Both the position numbers and the translations under genes were made by a program. The notes beneath the pieces were generated by a model. That model saw only the letters and a list, made by a program, of their open reading frames with translations. It did no database searches and was not told the origin of the DNA. A DNA stretch of 63,384 bases, filler included, from Octopus bimaculoides (Eukaryota), in NCBI RefSeq assembly GCF_001194135.2. It is 8 parts of 8 records of this genome, joined end to end, with 100 filler letters (N's around TTAATTAATTAA, not from the genome) between each part and the next. Parts side by side here need not be neighbours in the genome. Positions count along the whole stretch, not along the records: positions 9,813 to 27,597 come from NC_068999.1; 7 more parts are not named here. One strand, 5' to 3'. Positions 9,813 through 21,115 of this stretch are shown piece by piece. Each line of letters begins with the position of its first letter. Within the stretch, counting starts at the first letter, position 1.

Positions 9813-10981
9813 GAAAGAGCGAGGGAGAGAGAGGGAGAGAAAGGAAGAATAAATAGAGAGCGGGGGGAAAGCGAAACGGAGAGAAGAAAGACAGCTACTG
9901 ACGTAATAGATTGACGTAAATGCATCGGTAGCCTTTACGTGTCGTTCTAGCTTACCTCATGTTGTTAGTTTGCTTCTTAAATTACGACAACAGAATAATT
10001 AGAAGAGAAAGGGAGAAGGGAATGGAGGGAGGGATGGAGGGAATGCTAAGAAAGAAAAAAAAAATCAAAAAACACCCCACTTTCCTTCACTAAAACAAAA
10101 AAATGAAAAGAGAAAAAAAAATAATAAATTGGAGAAACTGAGAACGGAACAAATAAAAAGAAGACGAAAATGAAAGAAAAAATATACAGATTGAGAGAGA
10201 AAAAGGCGAATGGAAGAGATAGCTGTCAGATGATAAATATAGTCAGAACGAGAATATATACATATATATATATATTGTGTGTGTGCATGTATGTTTATGA
10301 AGCTAGTTGAAAATTATCTTGACGCTCTAGAAAAACGAAGTTGATAGTAAAGTAACTAATCGTCTGCTTTTATCACCAACGTACAAACACCTTAACTAGT
10401 TTTATCGTAGGAAAATAAATGACTTTTTCTTGTTTGTACCAATCTACGTGACTGTACCTATTGATCAGGAGGTTGTTTTGTGTGTGTGTGTATGAGTTTT
10501 GTTTATTTGTTTGCGTACATATATCGTGTACGGATGAGTTTTGTCGGAAAGAATATACAAGTAAGACGTTAAATAATAAAAGGAGTGATTCGTGTATATT
10601 TTAAAATTTAAATACGCATTAAAAACTGAGTAAAAGAGTGTGTATATATGAGAAAGAAAGAGAGAGTGAACGTGTCTTACGCATGTATATATGTGAACGG
10701 GTATGTATGTGTGTGTCTATGGGGCTTCTTAACCATTTGACGCACAGAATCCGAAAAAACACAAAAAAAACCAAAACCCATCTCACACGGATGTAGTTTT
10801 GCTTGTTAATTACAAAAATAACGCAATTATTTGTTGTTGCTGTTCTGGTTTTTAAAGAATTTAATGGCAATAACGAGTTATGAACCTTTTACGAAATTTC
10901 TAAAGATTGAAATCTTTGATAATTCGAGCCAGTCAGAAAGCCTGTGTTATCGATAACTCGGACATTGTAATTTCCATACGC

Positions 10982-11016
10982 TCTTCCATAGCAACACAAA
11001 AAGTTCCTATGGCAAC
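10982..11016. promoter_or_regulatory. Two tandem RFX X-box-like motifs
   Basis: tcttccatagcaac (10982-10995) and gttcctatggcaac (11003-11016), each 12/14 to the GTT(G/T)CCAT(G/A)GCAAC-type consensus. Motif match only. Confidence 0.3.
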
Positions 11017-11231
11017 GTTCAATCTTGGAAGGTTCTTAATTTGTTATTATTAGTAATTTTCCCCAGAAAATGAATGTAATATTTCGTAATTAGCATGGGA
11101 GAAAAAAAAAAGTAAATAAATAAATAAAATAAAAAGAAAACGATATCTATATGGTATTTTTCAGAGAAAAAAATAACAAGGACACAGAAGAGCGGGCTTA
11201 TTATGTCAAATAGTAAAGGTTCCTGTTAGGT

Positions 11232-11264
<33 letters not shown>

Positions 11265-11380
11265 AGTATGTCTGTCTGTGTTTGTATGTTTGAATATGTG
11301 TGCGTGTGTGTTTGTGCGTAGGTTTGTGTATGTGTGTAATTGTGTATATATGCGTGTATGTGTGTGTTTGTGCGCGTTAA

Positions 11381-11757
11381 CTTACTCTTTTACTTGTTTC
11401 AGTCTTTTGACTGTGGCCATACTGGAGCACCGCCTTTAAAGTCGAGCAAGTCGACTCCCCCAGGACTTATTCTTTGGAAGCCTAGTACTTATTCTATCGG
11501 TCTATTTTGCCGAACCGCTAAGTTACTGGGACGTAAGCACACCAACCTCGGTTGTCAAGCGATGTTGGGGGGACAAACACAGACACACAAACACAAATAT
11601 ATACTACGGGCTTCTTTCAGTTTCCGTCTACCAAATCCACTCACAAGGCTTTGGTTGGCCCGATGCTATAGTAGAAAACACTTGCCCAAGATGCCAACCA
11701 GTGGGACTGAACCCGGAACCATGTGGTTGGTAAGCAAACTACTTACCACACAGCCAC
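11381..11757 (-). mobile_element. tRNA-derived SINE family A (CORE-like middle, (AGTAAA)n-type tail), near full length
   Basis: Head gtggctgtgtggtaag..ggttcagtccc (A/B box-like) and middle cttgggcaagtg. Matches the copies at 45108 and 61481. Confidence 0.85.
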
Positions 11758-12539
11758 AAAGATGTGATACGGTATTGAATGTTGGGTGCATCTTGTCGGA
11801 TCGATGCAGACAAGTTCGTCACACCTATCTGGGGACTCTAAAAGTAAAAAGCGAGAACAAATACCACAAAACATTTTGTTCGACGCTTTAACTATTGCAC
11901 CAACCACCCAACCTAAATGATATTTTCTTTTATCGACCCATTTACGGTAAAATACGTGGCTGACCTCGGTGTTATTTGAACGTAGAACGTAAAGAACCAG
12001 AAGAAATTACTAGAAAGGTAATTTATCCAATGCCCTAACAACCCTGCAAATTAATGTCCCGTCTTAACGGATAGTAATTTCGATAGTAAACTCTCAATGG
12101 CAAAACGAGAATCAACTCTCGGCTGTTCGTACAGGATTTGTTTTTAAAGCTTACCACTTGTCGCACCCAGTTTTTATCGCATGCTTTCAGGAACTCTTAA
12201 TCCTGTTTGTAGGAACACAGTCCTTGGACACGTGTGTGTTTGTTCCCACCCACACCCCCTCTTGGTTTGTTTACGTCCCTGTAACACCAGCTGTTCTGTA
12301 TAAAAAAAAAATCCCAACAGAATAAAAGCTGAAGGACCGGATCGAGAGAACAGCAGAACCGAAAACTGAGTCAGAGAAAGGGTCAACAACACTGAGGCTC
12401 CGTAGTGGTCAGTGTTTAGTTTTGTTGGGCTCTGTTACTCGTTTCATTAATTGGACTACGGCCATGCTGGAATAACCCGGTACTTATTCTATTAAGTATT
12501 TATTATTAAAAAAAAAATTTTTAACGGAACTACTTCAAA

Positions 12540-12690
12540 TGGCACTCCGTCGGTTACGACGACGAGGGTTCCAGTTGATCCGATCAACGGAACAGCCTGC
12601 TTGTGAAATCAGCGTACAAGTGGCTGAGCACTCCACAGACACGTTGTACCCTTAACGTAAGCTTCTTACCACACAGCCACTCTTGCGCCA
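12540..12690 (-). mobile_element. Chimeric SINE fragment: family A head fused to family C tail
   Basis: 12661-12690 reads ggcgcaagagtggctgtgtggtaagaagc on minus (A head). 12540-12660 is the tail shared with 47846-48155. Confidence 0.7.
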
Positions 12691-12834
12691 TATTTATATA
12701 TCGCGTGTATATTGCGTATATTAATGTGCGTGTGTACATGTATGTTTATACACACTACATGAACACTTCACTAAGACATGCCTTCAATACCCTGCATGAG
12801 TACATCTGTGGCTGTTCAGCCATCTTTACACTAA

Positions 12835-12908
<74 letters not shown>

Positions 12909-13611
12909 AACACATGACAGACTAAATATCGTTGGCGTCAAATGCGTCTCGTTGCCTCAATTTACTACCATTTTCCTCTCGTTCAAATTTGTATTCTCCA
13001 TTTGTATATAAGTCAAACAACAGTCAGTCTTCGCCCTCTCACTCACGAAAAAAAAAATGCAAGAAAAAGAAATGCAAAAAAAAGCAAGAAAAATCCTACA
13101 ANNNNNNNNNNNNNNNNNNNNNNNNNNNNNNNNNNNNNNNNNNNNNNNNNNNNNNNNNNNNNNNNNNNNNNNNNNNNNNNNNNNNNNNNNNNNNNNNNNN
13201 NNNNNNNNNNNNNNNTGAAACTCATTGCTTGCTCTTTGCCTTACGTTCAATAGAAAAAAAAACGCGTTTTCTCCGTAAAATAGTAAAAATAATATATAGT
13301 TAAAAAGGAAAAAAAATATCGTCTGTTCAGTGAAAAAATATTTTAATAGTTATTTTTATGCAGGAACGCCTAGTGTGAAATAAAATCGTTTCCCCACCCC
13401 TTAACTGGCTTAATGTTATATGGCGTGAACGCAGCCAAGCGGCAGAAAGAATACAGCGCCGGTTTAAATGCCATACACCATTTTCAGCATAACACACCGG
13501 ATTCGTGCAAGACAATTTATCCACGGACTAAGGGAATCACGCGCAGAACAAAACAATGAAATGCGTAATACGTAATTTAATTGTTACATATATGATACAT
13601 ATTAACTCAAT

Positions 13612-13948
13612 TGGCACTCCGCCAGACACGACGACAAGCGTTCCAGTTGATCCGATCAACAGAACAGCTTGCTTGCGAAATTAACGTGCAAGTGGCTGAG
13701 AACTCCTAAGACAAGCCAAGCGTACCCTTAACGTAGTTCTCAGGGAGATTCAGCACGACACACTGAGTGTATGTAATAAGGCTGGCCCTTTTGAATTACA
13801 GGTACTCCTCATTTTTGCCAGCAGTGTGGACCGGAGCAACTGGAAATAAAGTGTCTTACTCAAGAACACAATACGCCGCTGTGTATCGAACTCACGACAT
13901 TACGATCGTGAGTCGAACACCCCTAACCACTAAGCCAAGCGCCTTTAC
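13612..13948 (-). mobile_element. tRNA-derived SINE family D (gttgtgtccttgagcaagacactt-type core) with the same 3' tail as family C
   Basis: Head ..gcgcttggcttagtggttaggg..gagttcgat, core gttgtgttcttgagtaagacacttt, tail ..gatcggatcaactggaac..ggagtgcca. Confidence 0.75.
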
Positions 13949-13961
13949 ATGTACTACATCA

Positions 13962-14100
13962 TTATCATCGTTTAACGTCCGTCTTCCATGCTGGCATTAG
14001 TTGGACGGTTCGATAGGCGCTGGCCAGGCAGGGACCTGCACCAGACTTCTTTCTGTGTCTGTTTTGGCAGGGTCTTTTACGGATGGGTGCCCTTCCAGTA
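13962..14100 (-). mobile_element. Short RTE-LINE 3' terminal fragment
   Basis: catcattatcatcgtttaacgtccgtcttccatgctggc..gatgggtgcccttcc. Confidence 0.75.
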
Positions 14101-14503
14101 CGTAAACGTAACTCGAGACCGTGTGTTTGAGAAGCAAGCTTCTAGAGCACGCTGTCAAGCCTGGATCTAACTTCCAACAAGCAATTATTTCTTGCATTCA
14201 GATCTAGGTGAAATTTTTTGTAAGGTCGTAGTAGACGAATCAATTGATTTAACCAGCAGTCGGTCCTTGATTGTCCTACGTGGTCACTCGACCTACTAGA
14301 AATAGCAGTCAAATGTCACAACTCTCAAATACCCTGTAGGCAATGTAGTCCTAGATACATTATATTTTGAAAAGAAAAAAAAGTGAAAACAACCGGATCA
14401 CGGATTTAAATAACTGTGTTCATAGAATCTGGTCAATCAGAACTAATGTGTTCTCAAACACAACAGCTTTTTGCGATATCACTCTCTCATTGCATATATA
14501 ATT

Positions 14504-14545
<42 letters not shown>

Positions 14546-15036
14546 TAGTAGTAGTAGTTAATGCGGACATAGGTTTGATCCGTTACGGAAAAATCTTAAG
14601 AGTATTAAAGTATTTCTAGATAGAGGCCGCTTAGCAACAAGGAGTGATGTCTTCACTAAGCTGTTTTGCAACGGCTTGACGACGACAAGAGGGAGAAAAA
14701 AGAAAGAAAGAAGGAAAGGGAGAAAGAAAGAAAGAAAAGGAATACTATCGAAGAATAAAAGGTGAAATAAACAGAGATGCTTTGCTCCTTGCAGAAACTG
14801 CATGACCTCAGAGGGGTCATGCAAGCCCTTCTAAAATTCATTGCAATGCTGGAAACTCTTCCGTATCCTCAGCCGGTATTTCAGAGTCACAAGCGTTTCG
14901 CCCCTTAGTCTGTACACTTTGCCCGAGTTGGACAGCGACGACTGAACTAGTCTCCACCTACAGGAGGTTCCTTCTTGTGGTTTCTTATCACACGGGTAAT
15001 GTAGCAACAGAAGAAGAAGAAGAAAATAATAATTAC

Positions 15037-15203
15037 CTGATTCCGTCTTGAGAACATTGGTTAACATCAGCTCCGTATGAAATCAAATAGCGCGCGACAT
15101 ATAAATTCCCTCGAACACAGCACTCGTGTAATGGTGTGAAACCCGCATTGTCGCGGGCGTTTACGTCGACGGACCTCGTTTTCAAACAGTAGTAGAGTAC
15201 ATC
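15037..15203 (-). CDS. BCOR: BCOR/BCORL1 orthologue, ankyrin-repeat exon (167 nt, phase 0 to 2)
   Basis: Acceptor ctctcttttgtag| and donor ag|gtaatt. Encodes DVLYYCLKTRSVDVNARDNAGFTPLHECCVRGNLYVARYLISYGADVNQCSQDGI(R). This aligns with recalled human BCOR [56 protein letters not shown]. Confidence 0.88.
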
Positions 15204-15536
15204 CTACAAAAGAGAGTACAAGCATGAGTTACATTCACAGCATTTTGCCAGTATAGATAACTACCCTTACAATTACCTATTTATTTTACATTTAAATTAG
15301 TAATTTTGCAGTCTTACCACTTGGAAGTCATTGAAACAGATTTACTACTCTTGGATGCCCTTCAGGCGTTTCTAAGTGTGGTAATATTTCCTCGTGGCCG
15401 GACACGTTTTTCACGGGAGACTGGAAACAGCTACCCTCGTTTACAACTACAGTAATTCCTCGACTATCGCAGGTGTTATGTTCCAAAACCCCTGGTGATA
15501 GGTGAAATTCCACGAAGTAGAAACAGTACTGTACTA

Positions 15537-15573
<37 letters not shown>

Positions 15574-17668
15574 AATTATTTTTACAATTTGTATATATGT
15601 ATTTTATTAGAAATACAAAACAATACCACAGAGGAAGCGGCGTAAGCTTAGATAATAAATCGCGATATGGCGTGGAATTGCTGTATCACCTAATGTCACA
15701 ACAAGGAAATATATTCGCACATATATCACGTGATGACGTGAGTGATCCTGCTTTCAGATAGTGTTACACATCGCTGGACACGATGCGCTATTGCATTGTT
15801 TTAGCCTTCAACTGACGCCATCCCGCTGTCTAGGTGAGGAGGCCAACATTCCAACTGATCGAATGGGAGATTGGAGCAAGGTGAAATGAAGTGACTTGCT
15901 CAAGAACACAACGCGCCAGTCAATCAGGGATTCGATCGTACGGGACTCCCGAATATCACTTGTGTCTAGTCACCCCCACCTCTCGCACGGCCCAACAGGG
16001 ACGAAAAACAAAACTAGAAGAGGTAATACTCGAATTAGAAAAGGAGAAAAACCAAAAGTAAACGATGGCAACGTAGTCGTACTGACTCGCTAGAAATAGC
16101 AGCCAAATCTCTTCCATTCATATCACATCTGTCCACTTTTTATAGATTTGATATAGGAAATAAAAATAATGCAGACTTAGATGCATTAAAAGAGGCGGGG
16201 ATGGTAGCAGGTGGAACATCATTGATATTCTGTTTACTCGATTAAGTCTGACCTGAAACTCGACGACGACGATGACGATGACGACGATGACAACAGCGAG
16301 ATCAACTAAACAGCGTAAGTCATTCTAAGTTCTACTGTCTGATTCCTGTCTTCGCAGCCGACATAGAAACAGTGACAGAGCTTGCAATGATAANNNNNNN
16401 NNNNNNNNNNNNNNNNNNNNNNNNNNNNNNNNNNNNNNNNNNNNNNNNNNNNNNNNNNNNNNNNNNNNNNNNNNNNNNNNNNNNNNNNNNNNNNNNNNNN
16501 NNNNNNNNNNNNNNNNNNNNNNNNNNNNNNNNNNNNNNNNNNNNNNNNNNNNNNNNNNNNNNNNNNNNNNNNNNNNNNNNNNNNNNNNNNNNNNNNNNNN
16601 NNNNNNNNNNNNNNNNNNNNNNNNNNNNNNNNNNNNNNNNNNNNNNNNNNNNNNNNNNNNNNNNNNNNNNNNNNNNNNNNNNNNNNNNNNNNNNNNNNNN
16701 NNNNNNNNNNNNNNNNNNNNNNNNNNNNNNNNNNNNNNNNNNNNNNNNNNNNNNNNNNNNNNNNNNNNNNNNNNNNNNNNNNNNNNNNNNNNNNNNNNNN
16801 NNNNNNNNNNNNNNNNNNNNNNNNNNNNNNNNNNNNNNNNNNNNNNNNNNNNNNNNNNNNNNNNNNNNNNNNNNNNNNNNNNNNNNNNNNNNNNNNNNNN
16901 NNNNNNNNNNNNNNNNNNNNNNNNNNNNNNNNNNNNNNNNNNNNNNNNNNNNNNNNNNNNNNNNNNNNNNNNNNNNNNNNNNNNNNNNNNNNNNNNNNNN
17001 NNNNNNNNNNNNNNNNNNNNNNNNNNNNNNNNNNNNNNNNNNNNNNNNNNNNNNNNNNNNNNNNNNNNNNNNNNNNNNNNNNNNNNNNNNNNNNNNNNNA
17101 GAGCAAGTCAGCCGATATCCACTGACGTAAACAAACACACAAATAAACAACTGTCAAATCCAAAACCTTGAAGTAAGTAAATCCAGGAACTATCAAATAA
17201 TTTACTGTTTGATTAAAAAAACGAAGAGTGGTTTTTTTTGTTTGTTTGTTTCTTAGTGTTTTCTTTTGTTTATGCTTGGATGATTTCCGGAGTTGCTGAC
17301 TTCGTAAATTATTTCATGATCTTCAGTGATCTGATAACGATAGTGTCTGAGAGAGGAATGGGTTAGGCCAAACGTTATATAAATCCTAACGAAGTGAGTT
17401 CGATTTCGCTTCGGAGGAAATTAAAATTTATTTTAGACTTATTTATTATGTAATTTGATAGAGTTTCGTAAAAGCGGGGTGGAGTCGAGATACGAATCTA
17501 AGACAAGACGTTCGACAATGCGCGGACCATTATACAAACGGAAATGAGATCCTGTGGTGTTCATGCTTTTTCTAAACGTATTAGTGACGGAATAAAGCTC
17601 TATGTAATTGGCAGAATAATAATTAAAGCGTCAGAGACAACGAATTGTAATATTTTTTCTGGTTCTAA

Positions 17669-17893
17669 GGCAGCGAGCTGGCAGAATCATTAACACGTTG
17701 GCAAAAATGCTTAGAAGTATTTCGTCCGTCTTTACGTTCTGAGCTCAAATTCGGCTGAGGTCAACTTTGCCGTTCATCCTTTCGGGATTGATAAAATAAG
17801 TACCAGTTATGTATAGGAGTTGATGTAATCGACTTGTTCCCTTCGTCGAAATTGCTAACTTTGTGCCGAAGTTTGGAACCAATATTTTTATGG
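17669..17893 (+). mobile_element. tRNA-derived SINE family B (Meta-domain-like core)
   Basis: Head ggcagcgagctggcagaatc, B box gagctcaaattc, core gaggtcaactttgccgttcatcctttcgggattgataaaataagtaccag. Confidence 0.8.
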
Positions 17894-17998
17894 CTTTGTG
17901 CCGAAGTTTGAAACCAATATTTTTATGGCTTTGTGCCGAAGTTTGAAACCAATATTTTTATGGCTTTGTGCTGAAGTTTGAAACCAGTATTTTTATAG
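17859..17998 (+). repeat. 4 x 35-bp minisatellite derived from the SINE B tail
   Basis: Unit ctttgtgccgaagtttgaaaccaatatttttatgg, head-to-tail with no spacers. Confidence 0.92.
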
Positions 17999-18168
17999 CT
18001 CCTTAGTGCGGCTGGACATGTTTTCGCGGGGGAATGGAAACGGTCACTTTTGTTAACAACTATCACGCATTGGCGCCTCCACTATGAAAAAATCTACATA
18101 AATGATAATGATACAAAAACCAAAGAAATGAATGCGAAAAATTGCAACGTTTTGCAAATGATAACCAC

Positions 18169-18270
18169 CTGATAACCACATCGAGCAGATCGGTGTAAGA
18201 GAGTTTCTCCAGAGTTCTTGTTTATTGCTAATCTGCGTATTTCTGGTGGCATCGGAATACTGTTACTCGT
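18169..18270 (-). CDS. BCOR: BCOR/BCORL1 orthologue, exon entering the first ankyrin repeat (102 nt, phase 0 to 0)
   Basis: Acceptor cttgtcttttttttacag| and donor cag|gtggtt. Encodes [34 protein letters not shown], compared with recalled human BCOR [29 protein letters not shown]. Splices in frame to 15203 across a GT-AG intron (15204-18168). Confidence 0.88.
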
Positions 18271-18817
18271 CTGTAAAAAAAAGACAAGAAGCAAACTGAG
18301 AAAACGGACTTTAATGAAGATACTCAAGGCATTTTATTATTACAAATTTAATTCCCCTAATTGTGGAATATCGGATTTATCCGCCAGACGAACAACACAT
18401 ACGTAACTACAAATGGGATGCTTCTTAAGACGCCATTGAAGATCGATGTAAACGTTTATGTAAGTAAAGGATACTGTGTACAACATTAAAATGATTAGTA
18501 AAGTGGGATTCGAGCGTATGTTTAATATCCAAACACAAATAAGTAATAATAATATATTTATTAGATAAACGAGAATCAGGCCCATTTAAAATAACTAGTA
18601 AAGTTGAAACGAGTTTCAGCTTGTACGAAACAATGCATTAATGATTATAGTATCTTCCTATCTTACATTATTAGACAGATAGATAGCTAGATAGATAGAT
18701 AGACAGTAAGATAGAATAGATAGATAGATGGATAGATAAATAGACAGATAGCAAAATAGACAGATATATGGATAGACAGTAAGATAGATAGACCATTAAG
18801 ATAGCTAGCTAGCTAGC

Positions 18818-18876
<59 letters not shown>

Positions 18877-18903
18877 CATATTATTATTGTTAGAGCGGTG
18901 AAA

Positions 18904-18990
18904 GGCGGTGAGCTGGCAGTATCTTCAAGCACGTCGGGCAAAATGCTTAGCGGCATTTCGTCCGTCTTTACGTTCTGAGTCCAAATCCTA
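18904..18990 (+). mobile_element. SINE family B head fragment
   Basis: ggcggtgagctggcag..gggcaaaatgcttagcggcatttcgtccgtctttacgttctgagtccaaatcc. Confidence 0.75.
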
Positions 18991-19050
18991 CCAGTGTCTG
19001 TTAACGGTTGGGTGGGAGCGATAGTGATATTGGGTGTGTGNNNNNNNNNN

Positions 19051-19097
<47 letters not shown>

Positions 19098-19182
19098 TTT
19101 GTCGTTAATGAATGATGCTATGATAACCAAATTTTATTGCAGCCTTGTGACCTAGCGTCGAGTGAGAATATGCCAAACGATT

Positions 19183-19213
<31 letters not shown>

Positions 19214-19602
19214 GACAAAAACATGGTTTATGCGTGTGTGTGTGTGTGTCTTTAAGAAAATAACATTGTCGACTTACAGACGATAATCTGCGAGGAGAGA
19301 CGACACACACACACACGCACGCATGCATATATATATACACACACACACACCGCATGCAGAGAAATGAAAGACAATGAAATCCTATAGCCAACTTTCGACT
19401 TTAAGAATGCCCAGTGGGTGTTCTCAACGAAAACAAAAACCTTGCGTAGTAATTTATGAACTCGAGAGAAGAGAAGAGTTACATTCCTGCAGTAATTATG
19501 TTTCGTGCACAAGTTGTGACAGGACTTATGTGTAACATACACTAACTTCAATGTAACGTTAACAGCTGTTACAGACGTTAGACCCAATTCTCTCACCCTC
19601 TA

Positions 19603-19780
19603 CCCGGGAGTGATGAAAAGTTCCTGGATTTAAGGGTGTCGCGAGTTCTTTTACAGGGCTTAGAAAAACTGAGGGATCGCTGCAATGAGTGTGTGAATCT
19701 GAGAGGGGAATATGTTGAATAAAATCATAATTAACTGATCCTCCTGTATTTTCTTTTACCCAAAGCCAGCACCCCCGTCG
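19603..19780 (-). mobile_element. Mariner-type MITE, internally deleted copy
   Basis: The reverse complement aligns with 21905-22120, with TIR remnants at both ends. Confidence 0.7.
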
Positions 19781-20747
19781 TGTGTATGTGTGTATATTCA
19801 CGTGTTCCGAGCGCTGGAGACTGCTATAATGGCAGAGAGAGAGAGAGAGTGTGTGTGCTTAAGGACAGAGAATCATATCTATCTATATGTATGTATGTAT
19901 TTGTGTGCGTTTGCGTACACAGAATGGGCCAAAAGTCACGCACCAAGACGTCTGGCATTTTATTTATATTGCGTTATAATTATTATTTATTTTATTCATC
20001 ATGTGTGTACACATCATTATTTCATTTATTTTATTCAGTTTTAGAGAAATCGAAACATGTCTTTGACAATTCCGGAGCATATTGAACTTATTCTGTGCGT
20101 GTATGTGTGTGAGGGCTTGTAGCCTAACAAGTTGCTCGCGAATCGTCAAGGTCGTAGTTTCGATTTCGGATGTGAATAACGTGTTGTGTCCTTGAAACAG
20201 AAAACTATATCACATTGTTTCAGATTCTTGACTTGAAAATTCGTACTAACAGCATCTAAAGATGGGGTAAGCAAAAAACCCACGCGGATCCGGAACTCTC
20301 GTAGGAGAAAAATGTCGCGTGTCGGACTAGAGTCGCGTCCAGCGGGAAGGTTAATCCTGTACTTCCAGTCGCTAAAACGCTACAGAAACCGAAATGCTAT
20401 CCTCACCACAATGGGCCTCTAGGCCCAGGACAAACCAACAGTGTGGGGGAAGGGGAATTAACAGTGTATATGCACCACTCTGCACTTGGAAAAGTCAGAC
20501 GGACAAGTGCAAAGTCGAAATGTGAGAAAGCAGTGTCTATGTATCCAATTGAATTAATTAGTTAAGAAAGTTCGTAGAGATATTCCAGGCCAAACGATTA
20601 TGGCGGAACCTTTTGGAGAGGAAGTGAAACGTCAGGTGTCCGGAAGTGAGAAAACAGCAGGGGCTACCATTAACACCGTGTCAGATGAACAGAGGTATTA
20701 GCTATCGTATACGAGAGAGAGAGAGAAGAGAGAGAAAGAGGGAGAAA

Positions 20748-20780
<33 letters not shown>

Positions 20781-21062
20781 NNNNNNNNNNNNNNNNNNNN
20801 NNNNNNNNNNNNNNNNNNNNNNNNNNNNNNNNNNNNNNNNNNNNNNNNNNNNNNNNNNNNNNNNNNNNNNNNNNNNNNNNNNNNNNNNNNNNNNNNNNNN
20901 NNNNNNNNNNNNNNNNNNNNNNNNNNNNNNNNNNNNNNNNNNNNNNNNNNNNNNNNNNNNNNNNNNNNNNNNNNNNNNNNNNNNNNNNNNNNNNNNNNNN
21001 NNNNNNNNNNNNNNNNNNNNNNNNNNNNNNNNNNNNNNNNNNNNNNNNNNNNNNNNNNNNNN

Positions 21063-21115
<53 letters not shown>

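Noticed and set aside
12153-12295. Minus-strand exon candidate with strong acceptor (ttttttatacag) and donor (tg|gtaagc) downstream of the BCOR exon
   Set aside because: All three frames contain stops and the sequence resembles a SINE family A derivative; it is not the missing ankyrin exon.
14770-15000. GC-richer unique segment with a 9-bp hairpin (tgcatgacc..ggtcatgca) next to the BCOR exon
   Set aside because: No frame on either strand gives a BCOR-like or other recognisable peptide; left as intronic sequence.
17859-17998. CRISPR-like 35-bp repeats
   Set aside because: The units are contiguous with no unique spacers, derive from a SINE tail, and sit in a eukaryotic context with no cas genes.
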